Source: a candidate division WOR-3 bacterium (GTDB lineage Bacteria > Hydrothermota > Tepidihabitantia > SM23-42 > JAOAFX01). Taken from it: a stretch of DNA of 40,322 nucleotides. Each line of letters opens with the position of its first letter. Positions within the stretch are counted from its first letter, which is position 1. Of this stretch, positions 10,123-18,086 are shown in pieces. Location: positions 1-40,322 of the forward strand of contig JBDRWI010000015.1 of assembly GCA_039802265.1 (NCBI GenBank), in the 5' to 3' direction. The position numbers and the translations under genes are program-made. A model generated the notes under the pieces. That model was not told the origin of the DNA and did not search any database. It worked only from the letters and a program-made list of their open reading frames with translations.

Positions 10123-11918
10123 TTATCCGCCTTCTGTTGTAAGTACTGGAGTCTATAAAAATTGTAGTAAAATCCCCTTTTCTTTAAGAGTTCGTTATGA
10201 CTTCCCTGTTCAACAATTCTACCATTGTGGATTATCAAGATTCGGTCCGCGAGTCGGGTGGTGGTCAGACGGTGGGCAATGATAATTGCCGTTCGGTTCT
10301 GGAGTAGCTCTTTTAAGCCTTCCTGGATAATCCTTTCACTCTGCGGGTCAACTGCCGAAGTAGCCTCATCAAGGATGATTATCTCGGGGTCAAAGACCAA
10401 GGCCCGGGCAAAGGATAACAATTGCCTTTCACCAAATGAAAGATTTATGCCCTGTTCAATGATGTCGGTATTGTAGCCCTTGGGTAGATTTTGTATCCTT
10501 TCGTGAATCCCGATTCGTCGGGCTGCCTCCTGAACTCTTTCCGTGGATATATCGTTATTAAAAAGACGAAGATTATCCAGAACCGTGCCCGGAAAGAGAA
10601 TGACATCCTGGGGAACAAAACCAATCTTTTTACGCAGGGTATAACGATTAATCTTATTCAGGTCTATTCCATCAATACTGATAAAACCGATATTGGGCTT
10701 GTAGTATTTTAACAAAAGTGAGACGATGGAGGTCTTACCACCACCGGTCTCACCCACGAATGCAATCTTTTCTCCCTTATTTATCTCAAAATTAAGGTCT
10801 TTTAATACCCAATCTTCATTCTCATAGGAAAATCGCACATCGTCAAATTTAATCCTTTCATTCAAAATTGAAAATTCGGACTTTTCAATATTGTCTTCAA
10901 ATTCCGAAGGCAGGGAAAGGATATTGAAGATCCTTTCGGCCGCGGCAAAGGAGCGCTCAATGAGGTTTATCTGGTCCGATAAGCCCCTTAAAGGATTGAA
11001 AAACCTCGTTATATAATTTATAAAGAGAAAGAGTGTCCCAATCGTTATCATCCCTTTCAAAGCCCATATACCACCAATCCCCAATATAAGTAAAATACCA
11101 ATAATCTCGCCCAAGTCAACCAGAAACCAGATACGATACCAGTAGAGCATTGACTTCATCTCTAAATCAAACTTATCCCTGCCCAGGGTATTGATTTTCT
11201 TTAAAAAGTTATCTTCTTGAAGAAAAATTTGAACAACCGGTAAAGCCCTTACTGTCTCCATTATAAAACTGTTTATTTCTGCAATCTTTTTGCGAACACT
11301 GACATATATCGGTCTGACATTCTTTCCAAACCACCAGAAGGCATATAAAAAGACTGGAAGCAGTATTAAAATCAAAAGATACAATCTATAATCTACTACA
11401 ATCATAATAACCGACATCCCCAAAAGTAAAATAAAATCCTGGGCAAGCACAACTGCGGTTGAAGAGAATAGACTTTTCAATGTCTCGGCATCACCCTCTA
11501 CACGGGTTATCAACCTGCCCACAGGATTCTTATCAAAAAATTTAACTGGAAGGGTGATTGTGTGGCGAAACAGGTCAAATTTTAAATCTGCAATCGCCCG
11601 TTCGCCAATCATGGCAATCTCAATCTGCTGGAAGTATCTTATCAGGATGGTCAATCCCTGGATTACCAAATAAATAAAGGCAATGAATACAAGCCCCTGA
11701 ATATCTTTTTGTGGAATTTCATAATCAAGCACCCTTTTTATAAGTATCGGACCAATGAGTGTCAGCAGTGTAGAAAGCAAAAGCAGTATCGTAGCGATGA
11801 TTATTCCTTTGATATATGGTTTAAAATAAGGAGCAAGGCTTTTTATTAGCCTAATATCCTTTCCACCCTTTTCTTCCTCTTCTTCACCAACAAACTCTTC
11901 ATCACCATGCCACCACAT
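10119..11918 (-). CDS. ABC exporter half-transporter (TMD+NBD), MdlB/YheH-like
   Basis: TM domain; GETGGGKT; LSFGERQ; IILDEATS; AHRL; 4-bp overlap with the partner gene. Confidence 0.9.
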   Translation of the reverse strand: MWWHGDEEFVGEEEEEKGGKDIRLIKSLAPYFKPYIKGIIIATILLLLSTLLTLIGPILIKRVLDYEIPQKDIQGLVFIAFIYLVIQGLTILIRYFQQIEIAMIGERAIADLKFDLFRHTITLPVKFFDKNPVGRLITRVEGDAETLKSLFSSTAVVLAQDFILLLGMSVIMIVVDYRLYLLILILLPVFLYAFWWFGKNVRPIYVSVRKKIAEINSFIMETVRALPVVQIFLQEDNFLKKINTLGRDKFDLEMKSMLYWYRIWFLVDLGEIIGILLILGIGGIWALKGMITIGTLFLFINYITRFFNPLRGLSDQINLIERSFAAAERIFNILSLPSEFEDNIEKSEFSILNERIKFDDVRFSYENEDWVLKDLNFEINKGEKIAFVGETGGGKTSIVSLLLKYYKPNIGFISIDGIDLNKINRYTLRKKIGFVPQDVILFPGTVLDNLRLFNNDISTERVQEAARRIGIHERIQNLPKGYNTDIIEQGINLSFGERQLLSFARALVFDPEIIILDEATSAVDPQSERIIQEGLKELLQNRTAIIIAHRLTTTRLADRILIIHNGRIVEQGSHNELLKKRGFYYNFYRLQYLQQKADK

Positions 11919-11925
11919 AACCTCT

Positions 11926-11953
11926 ATTATCTACAAAAATCCAGTTGCGTCAA
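11926..11953 (-). promoter_or_regulatory. Putative promoter TTGACG-N16-GATAAT, 7 nt before the ABC start codon
   Basis: Read on the minus strand. Confidence 0.45.
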
Positions 11954-12009
11954 GGATACTGTAATCCTTGCCATCAACCGGATAAATTCAAAAGAATATA
12001 TGGCAGTTG

Positions 12010-12114
12010 GGCTTAGGTTCTGAAATAGAATAGGGTTTAGTATGTTGGTTTCGTTTGATGAAACTTTTCCCAACCCTATAGGACAAAACCCAATCCTGTT
12101 TCTTAACCCAGACC
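12010..12114 (-). other. Long imperfect inverted repeat, possibly a structured RNA, in the capA-ABC intergenic region
   Basis: Arms 12010-12039 and 12085-12114 pair with several G-U wobbles on the minus strand; inner GUUGG/CCAAC and GUUU/AAAC stems. Confidence 0.4.
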
Positions 12115-12192
12115 TTTAGACTATCCGACTTTGTTTGCTTGGAATTTCTTCCTCTGGATTTAAAGTCTGTAGGAAGGGCCTGTTGCTTTTTG

Positions 12193-13275
12193 TTATTCTT
12201 CTTTAGTAAAATTTATCTCTGGATTATCAATGTGGTCAACGGTCTCTTTTAATGCAGCAACCATCCTTTCGTAATTCTTCTTTCCGATGTATTGTAATGA
12301 ATCCTGCGCATAGAGTTTAATGGATTTCTCTATCGGCAGGATTTTGAATTTGTAAGAATCGCCAACCCTGTATTTGGCAACATAGGTTGGAATGTATTTT
12401 ATTTCTTTGAGATATACCGTGTTACTATCCTTGGCAATTGTATATTTCAGTATAATCCCGGTATCAGTGTATTTCTTCCGCTGTCCACAGAAAAAATTAC
12501 CCAGGGAATAGGCAACAAATATCTTTTTATCTTCTATTTCTAAAACCTCTACAGGCTGTATTACATGGGGATGAGAACCAATAATCATATCCGCTCCCAT
12601 TTCGGTAATCTTTTTCACCGTCTTTTTTTGTTCTTTATTTGGAAATCTTTTATATTCAATGCCAAAATGGAGGGCAACGATAACAAAATCACAAAGCGGT
12701 CTCGCCTTTTCAATATCCTTTTTAATCTCATCTAAATCTATCAGTTTTACCATCCAGGGTTTGGGGATTGGTATCCCATTCATTCCATAGATATAACTCA
12801 AAAAAGCAATTTTGATGCCATTTTTTTCAAAAACATATATTTCTTTACTCTCTTCTTCTGTTATATAGGCACCAACCTGAACCAGTCCTGTATCTTTTAT
12901 TATCTTCGTGGTTGTTCTTAATCCCTTAAAACCATAGTCAAGGGTATGATTGGTGCGAAAAAGGAGGTCAAATCCAGCATCCCTTAGAGCATATGCCAGC
13001 TCTTCGGGAGTCTTAAAACAGGGATAACCAGTATACGGTCCGACTGTATCAAGTGCACCACCAAACCAGGCGGTGCTCAAATCAACTGAACTTAAATAAG
13101 GTTTTACTTCTTCAAAGCAGGGATAAAAATCATAGAATTTCTCTTTTGAATTATAGACACTATTCAATATACTATTATGAATAAAAATATCGCCAACCGA
13201 GATGATTGTAATTTCCTGTGGATTTTGAGAAAATAAAAGACCAGTCCACAATAAGTAACAAAAGGTTTTCAACAT
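12193..13275 (-). CDS. CapA (PGA_cap) family metallophosphatase-fold protein
   Basis: VGDIFIH, TNHTLDYG, LHFGIEY, GSHPHV, YSLGNF; N-terminal signal-like segment. Confidence 0.85.
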   Translation of the reverse strand: MLKTFCYLLWTGLLFSQNPQEITIISVGDIFIHNSILNSVYNSKEKFYDFYPCFEEVKPYLSSVDLSTAWFGGALDTVGPYTGYPCFKTPEELAYALRDAGFDLLFRTNHTLDYGFKGLRTTTKIIKDTGLVQVGAYITEEESKEIYVFEKNGIKIAFLSYIYGMNGIPIPKPWMVKLIDLDEIKKDIEKARPLCDFVIVALHFGIEYKRFPNKEQKKTVKKITEMGADMIIGSHPHVIQPVEVLEIEDKKIFVAYSLGNFFCGQRKKYTDTGIILKYTIAKDSNTVYLKEIKYIPTYVAKYRVGDSYKFKILPIEKSIKLYAQDSLQYIGKKNYERMVAALKETVDHIDNPEINFTKEE

Positions 13276-13280
13276 ATAAA

Positions 13281-13308
13281 ATTATAATAAAAATGCCAAA
13301 TTAATCAA
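13281..13308 (-). promoter_or_regulatory. Promoter TTGATT-N16-TATAAT, 5 nt before ATG (leaderless)
   Basis: Minus strand TTGATT aatttggcatttttat TATAAT tttat ATG. Confidence 0.6.
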
Positions 13309-13401
13309 GATAAACTAAAACCTTTTTAGCAATCTGGCGAACACTGAAACCCTAAAGATGCTCCATCTTAAAATCCATGCACCTTCCAGCAACCATAAAA
13401 A

Positions 13402-13434
13402 GTCAACATTTTTCGCCAGGCGGAAGGTGTTGAC
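13402..13434. repeat. Imperfect palindrome GTCAACATTTTT...GGTGTTGAC
   Basis: Read directly; related copy at 14310-14343. Confidence 0.6.
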
Positions 13435-13489
13435 CAATATTATACTTTATTAAAAGATATTGTGTCAAACTTGTCAGCGGGAGGTTACA

Positions 13490-14347
13490 ATGAACTGTAC
13501 AAAGGTGCTATTGCTAATCGTAACTGCGGGTGCATTAATAACTCGTTGTGCCCAAAATGAAAAGGCAGAGGTTGAGGAATTTCTTGATAGATGCTGGTTT
13601 ATCGGCGGTGAGGCCCGTACTTCTGATGACAGCACGACAACACCCCAGGGTTCAATTGGTGGTCCAGGTCTTGCACTGGACACCTTTCCCTTCTATGTGA
13701 AATGGGTCCGGCGTATTGAACGACCTGATACGACCAGGCATTATGAAATTGATGTTATAGGAGATAGCGCATTTGTTACAATGACAGCATACTTTAAGGG
13801 AACACCACCGGAGTATGGTATCTTTGTTGTCAGCGATTCTCCGGTTGGCTCGGGATTGGTAATGGTGCGTGAAATCACCGATAGTGTTGTGCGAAAGATA
13901 AAGTGCTACCGTAATGATACAGGCTGGCACCTGGTAAGTATGACGGTTGCTGATATTTACACTGTGGGCACAGAACATCCGGTCACAATTACAAGAATAG
14001 AAGTGCGAGTTGGAGGTATTCTTGTCTTCACGGTTAATGACCCCAACACTTATTTCACAAAAGAACAATTGCCAGCATTCAAACCAAATGATACAGTGGA
14101 GGTAACCGTCTATTGCCAGGCTGAAGGTGATTCAACCTGGGCATTTTTGCATCACGGTGCAGAGCATAGACCAGGTGTAGGATTAAAGAGACACTGGCGT
14201 CAGCCATTCTATCGTGATAATACCACAACATTCAAGCGAACGTGGATAATCGCGGACGACTCAGTCCTCGTAACACCTGCAGTAAGGTATAGTGCAATTG
14301 ATGTCCTCGGTCACATTTTTTACTCTGCGTCAAAAATGTTGACTTAA
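13490..14347 (+). CDS. Hypothetical lipoprotein, possibly truncated at the C-terminus
   Basis: ATG 13490 with GGGAGG RBS; MNCTKVLLLIVTAGALITRC lipobox-like signal; last codons lie in a palindrome. Confidence 0.65.
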   Translation: MNCTKVLLLIVTAGALITRCAQNEKAEVEEFLDRCWFIGGEARTSDDSTTTPQGSIGGPGLALDTFPFYVKWVRRIERPDTTRHYEIDVIGDSAFVTMTAYFKGTPPEYGIFVVSDSPVGSGLVMVREITDSVVRKIKCYRNDTGWHLVSMTVADIYTVGTEHPVTITRIEVRVGGILVFTVNDPNTYFTKEQLPAFKPNDTVEVTVYCQAEGDSTWAFLHHGAEHRPGVGLKRHWRQPFYRDNTTTFKRTWIIADDSVLVTPAVRYSAIDVLGHIFYSASKMLT

Positions 14348-14561
14348 ATATTCAATATGTAGGACAAAACTTTCGTAGTTCGCACGGTTGAAGCCTTGCC
14401 CTACGACCTTCGGGAAAAACTAACCGGTTACCTTCCAATACTTAATAATGAATTTTTGGTGTAAAGAAAAAAAATACAAGGGTGTCTTTTATTTCTTTCC
14501 AACCGAAGCCGGACGCTACGATGAAAAATAAAGATTGTAAACGCCCGAATTCATTCGGGCG
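14310..14561. repeat. Cluster of REP-like palindromes: 14310-14343, GTAGGACAA...TTGCCCTAC (14359-14404), CGCCCGAAT-TC-ATTCGGGCG (14542-14561)
   Basis: Inverted repeats read directly; GTAG foot typical of GTAG-family REPs. Confidence 0.65.
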
Positions 14562-14667
14562 AAAAATCTCTGAGTTTCAGAGGTTCCCCCTTGATGATGT
14601 TCTTTCCTTAAACAAATTCAGAATGGGTCTTCCACAAAAATGGTTAAGAACTGTGTTGTTTTCCCCC

Positions 14668-14695
14668 TTGCATAATTTATCAAATTCATTATAAT
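14668..14695 (+). promoter_or_regulatory. Promoter TTGCAT-N16-TATAAT upstream of the four-gene radical SAM operon
   Basis: Hexamers at 14668-14673 and 14690-14695; RBS AGGAGG at 14707-14712. Confidence 0.6.
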
Positions 14696-14713
14696 GAAAA
14701 CATAGAAGGAGGT

Positions 14714-15106
14714 ATGATGAACTTGCCATTTGGCGAAATTAAGAATAATCTGTTAATAATGAAATTCTCAACCGCGGATTATTCTATTGCTTCGGTATTA
14801 GCAGCAATAAAACTCCATCTTGATGTGATTGAGGAGATGGGTGCGATATTTTTGGGTGCCCAGACCGAGGTTGTTGCTGGACCCACACCGGTCTTCCAGC
14901 CGGTTCCGGTTGTTGCCCAGTTTGAATATACCGGCAAGGGCGATGCCAAGGCGACGCTTGAGAAGGTTTATAAACTTGTCTGGCAGGGAATTGTCAATTC
15001 ATTCCCTGATGAAACCTGCTGGTCTCAGGCAAAACAGGCATACTCTGATTTCATATCGGCACAGGCAGACTTATTAAGGGCAAGGATTGAGGCAAGTAAA
15101 GAGTAA
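14714..15106 (+). CDS. Hypothetical 130-aa cytoplasmic protein
   Basis: Strong RBS AGGAGG (start 14714 or 14717); no recognisable motif. Confidence 0.75.
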   Translation: MMNLPFGEIKNNLLIMKFSTADYSIASVLAAIKLHLDVIEEMGAIFLGAQTEVVAGPTPVFQPVPVVAQFEYTGKGDAKATLEKVYKLVWQGIVNSFPDETCWSQAKQAYSDFISAQADLLRARIEASKE

Positions 15107-15152
15107 ATGCCTAAAAGTCCAAAATACCTAAATACCTAAATGCCTAAATGCC
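15104..15152. repeat. Degenerate 8-bp tandem repeat (TAAATGCC/TAAATACC)n
   Basis: taaatgcc taaaagtc caaaatacc taaatacc taaatgcc taaatgcc. Confidence 0.8.
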
Positions 15153-15179
15153 GGAAGACTCAATGAAACAGCAAGTAAA

Positions 15180-16688
15180 ATGATAATTCTTTTTTGTCTT
15201 TTTTCTCTTACTGCTGACCTGCGCTGGGTTGAGGTTGATGTCTCATTATGGCAGGATGGAAGGGCGGATTTTGTCTATAAAGTCCGCTGGAATGTCATTT
15301 CCGGCTCAATGAGTGCATTCTATCTTATGGGCCTTTCAGTTGAACCATTCTTTGACTATGAAAATTCTTACGCCCTTGATGAATATAATAATAAATATCC
15401 AATAGACATCAAAGACCTGGGCGGTGGTAAATATGATATTGTGCTCGGTAAGGGGAAGAGATACGGACCCGGTCAGATTACCTTTATAATCCATTTTGGT
15501 GGTGATTTAGGTAGGAGTAGAAATCTTGCTGTAACACAGAGTGAATTTGGTGAACTTGTAGTATTCCACTGGGCGCCACCCCAGTGGGATGAACCGCTGG
15601 AACATTATACTGTAAATGTGTATTATCCCATAGAAACAATGAGCAAACAGGTGAACCCGGATGACTATGGCTTTCGCACGGAAAAATTTATGAACGAAAG
15701 ATATCTTCTGGACTACTTTGGGCAGGAATTTAAGGGAAAGTACTATTTTGCAGTTCGGATTCACAAGAATGATATATCGACAATGGAGAAAATGGAGATC
15801 CAGCAGTATATTCCAGCTAATTATTTTAACGCCGAAAAGTTTGGCCGGATTGAAATCAAACCCGAGCGTAGACGAAAATTTTTTATCCCTTATGACTTGC
15901 TATACATGTTATTTTCCATAATTCCATACCTATTCTATTCCAATCGCAAGGCACAAAAAATAAAAGGACTGTACAGTGAGGTACAGAGCCTGAATTGGCT
16001 TAGAAATGACTGGGTCCCACCAAAGATTGAGGTTGCAACATTCAGGAAGTCCGGCAAGGTTGCAAAACTTGACCTGATTGAGGCTGCAATATTCCTTGAC
16101 TATCCGGTTAATAAGGTCTTTACAATAATTGCTGAAAAATTGCAGAAGGATGGAATTTTGAGTATCTTGAATTACAATCCAATCAAACTCTCGGTTTTGC
16201 AAAGACCATCGGGTTTGAAATACTACGAGGCAATGTTTCTTGATGCAATAAAGAGTGATGGCACAATGGATGAGGCAGGATTAAAATCGCTTGTGATGCA
16301 GGTTGTTGAGAATATCCAGACAAAGGCCTGGGATTGTGACCTAAAGGCAACCAAGGCATATTATACCGAAAAGATCGGCTCCCCTGATGTGGAAGAACCG
16401 ATTGATGAAACTTACAGTGATATGTCTTATTATTATTATCTGCGCAACCAGCAGTTTGGCCGCAGTGGTTATTATCAACAGCTGGAGGATGGATTTGTCA
16501 TATATGGTGAACCAATAAAAGATTATTCAACTTTTATCCGTTCTGACGCCTGCCACAGTGCCTGTTATGTCCATACCGCCTGTCATGATGCCTGCCATTC
16601 GGCCTGCCACAGTGCCTGCCATTCGGCCTGCCATAGCGCCTGCCACAGTGCCTGCCATTCGGCGTGTGTGAGTGGAGGGGCGCGGTGA
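15180..16688 (+). CDS. Single-pass membrane protein (DUF2207-like N-terminal domain) with a C-terminal (CHSA)n Cys/His repeat tail; candidate radical SAM substrate
   Basis: Short hydrophobic N-terminus, beta-rich domain, one TM helix (FFIPYDLLYMLFSIIPYLFYS), helical domain, then CHSACYVHTACHDA(CHSA)6CVSGGAR. Confidence 0.8.
   Translation: MIILFCLFSLTADLRWVEVDVSLWQDGRADFVYKVRWNVISGSMSAFYLMGLSVEPFFDYENSYALDEYNNKYPIDIKDLGGGKYDIVLGKGKRYGPGQITFIIHFGGDLGRSRNLAVTQSEFGELVVFHWAPPQWDEPLEHYTVNVYYPIETMSKQVNPDDYGFRTEKFMNERYLLDYFGQEFKGKYYFAVRIHKNDISTMEKMEIQQYIPANYFNAEKFGRIEIKPERRRKFFIPYDLLYMLFSIIPYLFYSNRKAQKIKGLYSEVQSLNWLRNDWVPPKIEVATFRKSGKVAKLDLIEAAIFLDYPVNKVFTIIAEKLQKDGILSILNYNPIKLSVLQRPSGLKYYEAMFLDAIKSDGTMDEAGLKSLVMQVVENIQTKAWDCDLKATKAYYTEKIGSPDVEEPIDETYSDMSYYYYLRNQQFGRSGYYQQLEDGFVIYGEPIKDYSTFIRSDACHSACYVHTACHDACHSACHSACHSACHSACHSACHSACVSGGAR
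16548..16668 (+). repeat. 12-bp coding tandem repeat encoding (A)CHS units
   Basis: gcc tgc cay (tcg/agt/agc) units with synonymous variation. Confidence 0.95.
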
Positions 16689-18085
16689 TAATCAAATACC
16701 TAAAATCTAAAATGCCTGAATGCCTGAATGAGAAAATTAAGCTCCAAAATCAAAATTTAAAATGTCAAACAAATTCCAAATTCCAAATATCAGACGGAAA
16801 AGAAGAGATAAATTTAGAATGGGTGGACGGGTTTGTAAGAGAAATCAAACCATATATATATGTAAGAGATATGGATAATCTTTTAATTTTAATACCCAAT
16901 CAAGTACATAGATTGAATCAATCAGGTGTTACAATTCTAAATTATCTTCTCAAGGGCAACTCAGTCACCAAACTTCTTGGATTGGTAGGAGATAATGAAA
17001 CGAAAAGAAAAGAGTTGCATTACTTTTTCTGCGATTTGCGGGCGATTGTTAGTGGATGTCTCAGGGAAGGTGAAAAGAGAGAGGCAATATCCTATTATGA
17101 ATTTAATGGTGATCTGAATAATTATCCAGTCCTTTCAGAAATTGCCGTTACCTATCGTTGCAATCTTGATTGTGAGTTCTGTTATGTTGGTCATAGGGAT
17201 TACCCTGAACTTGGTACTTCTGATTTGAAAAAGATTATCTTTAAGATATATAATGAAGCGAAAATCCCATCAGTCAGTTTTACCGGCGGCGAGCCTCTAA
17301 TGAGAAATGATATTGTAGCACTTGTTGAATATGCCCGCAAGATTGGCTTATGGACAAATTTAATAACCAACGGCACCTTGCTTGACAGCAAACTTGCAAA
17401 ATCCCTGAAACAGGCAGGCTTGAATAGTGCCCAGGTAAGTTTAGAAGGTCCTGATGCCAAAATACACGATAGAATCACTGGAATTCCCGGTTCTTTTGAT
17501 AATACAATTGCCGGGATAAAATACCTCCTGGAACAGGGTCTATCTGTCCACACAAACACTACTGTCTCAAGACATAACATAGATTATCTTCCAGAAATAT
17601 TAAAGTTGATAAAATCGCTGGGATTGAGAAGGTTATCAATGAATTTAATGATTCCCTGTGGAAGTGCCGAGAAGAGAAGGGATTTATGGGTCTCATATTC
17701 AGAAATCGGTCAACATATATTAAAAATCAAATACCTTGCGCAAAGGGAAAATATCCAATTCTTATGGTATTCCCCGGTGCCGATGTGCGAATTCAATCCC
17801 ATAGCCTATGGTTTTGGCAATAAATCCTGCGCTGCAATTACCGGGCTTCTGAGCATTGACCCGCTGGGTAATGTCCTGCCCTGTTCTTCCTGGAGAGAAC
17901 CGGTTGGCTCGTTATTAAGAAATAGTTTCAAAAAGATATGGCATTCTCCGATGCTGAGTTATTTTAAGAATGCTGATTATGCACCGGCAGAATGCCATCA
18001 ATGTACTGAATTTAAGATATGCAAAGGTGCCTGTCCATTATTCTGGAAGGTATTCTCTCCGGGGCGAGGCAGGGAGATTGATTGA
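16685..18085 (+). CDS. Radical SAM/SPASM-domain enzyme with an N-terminal PqqD/RRE-like domain (PqqE/peptide maturase-like)
   Basis: CNLDCEFC (17159-17182), SFTGGEPL, ITNG, VSLEG; SPASM C-x17-C...CxxCx5Cx3C; RRE-like HRLNQSGVTILNYLLKGNSVTKLL; GTG 16685 overlaps the upstream TGA, with GGAGG 6 nt upstream. Confidence 0.9.
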   Translation: MIIKYLKSKMPECLNEKIKLQNQNLKCQTNSKFQISDGKEEINLEWVDGFVREIKPYIYVRDMDNLLILIPNQVHRLNQSGVTILNYLLKGNSVTKLLGLVGDNETKRKELHYFFCDLRAIVSGCLREGEKREAISYYEFNGDLNNYPVLSEIAVTYRCNLDCEFCYVGHRDYPELGTSDLKKIIFKIYNEAKIPSVSFTGGEPLMRNDIVALVEYARKIGLWTNLITNGTLLDSKLAKSLKQAGLNSAQVSLEGPDAKIHDRITGIPGSFDNTIAGIKYLLEQGLSVHTNTTVSRHNIDYLPEILKLIKSLGLRRLSMNLMIPCGSAEKRRDLWVSYSEIGQHILKIKYLAQRENIQFLWYSPVPMCEFNPIAYGFGNKSCAAITGLLSIDPLGNVLPCSSWREPVGSLLRNSFKKIWHSPMLSYFKNADYAPAECHQCTEFKICKGACPLFWKVFSPGRGREID

Positions 18086-18086
18086 G

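Noticed and set aside
8416..11918. ABC exporter as the dedicated peptide transporter for the CHSA system
   Set aside because: Opposite strand, two genes away, no C39 peptidase domain; looks like a generic MdlAB-type pair
11969..12012. c-di-GMP riboswitch or pseudoknot (GCCAT/ATGGC with CAAC/GTTG)
   Set aside because: GNRA/receptor core not found; short pairings could be chance
14482..14694. 70-aa ORF as a RiPP precursor
   Set aside because: Built from REP-like palindromes, overlaps the promoter, no RBS, and has only one Cys
16551..16668. (CHSA)n read as multiheme cytochrome c (CxxxCH variants)
   Set aside because: No canonical CxxCH; motifs overlap and share Cys; the tail is predicted cytoplasmic whereas heme c attachment is extracytoplasmic; no maturation genes nearby
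16548..16668. Possible CRISPR array or His-Xaa-Ser (Hxs) system
   Set aside because: 12-bp coding units with no spacers and no cas genes; the pattern is H-S-A rather than H-x-S, and the second rSAM of Hxs loci is absent
16664..16684. ORF-track start of the rSAM at 16664
   Set aside because: GTG 16685 has a well-spaced GGAGG and GTGA coupling; ATG 16712 remains an alternative
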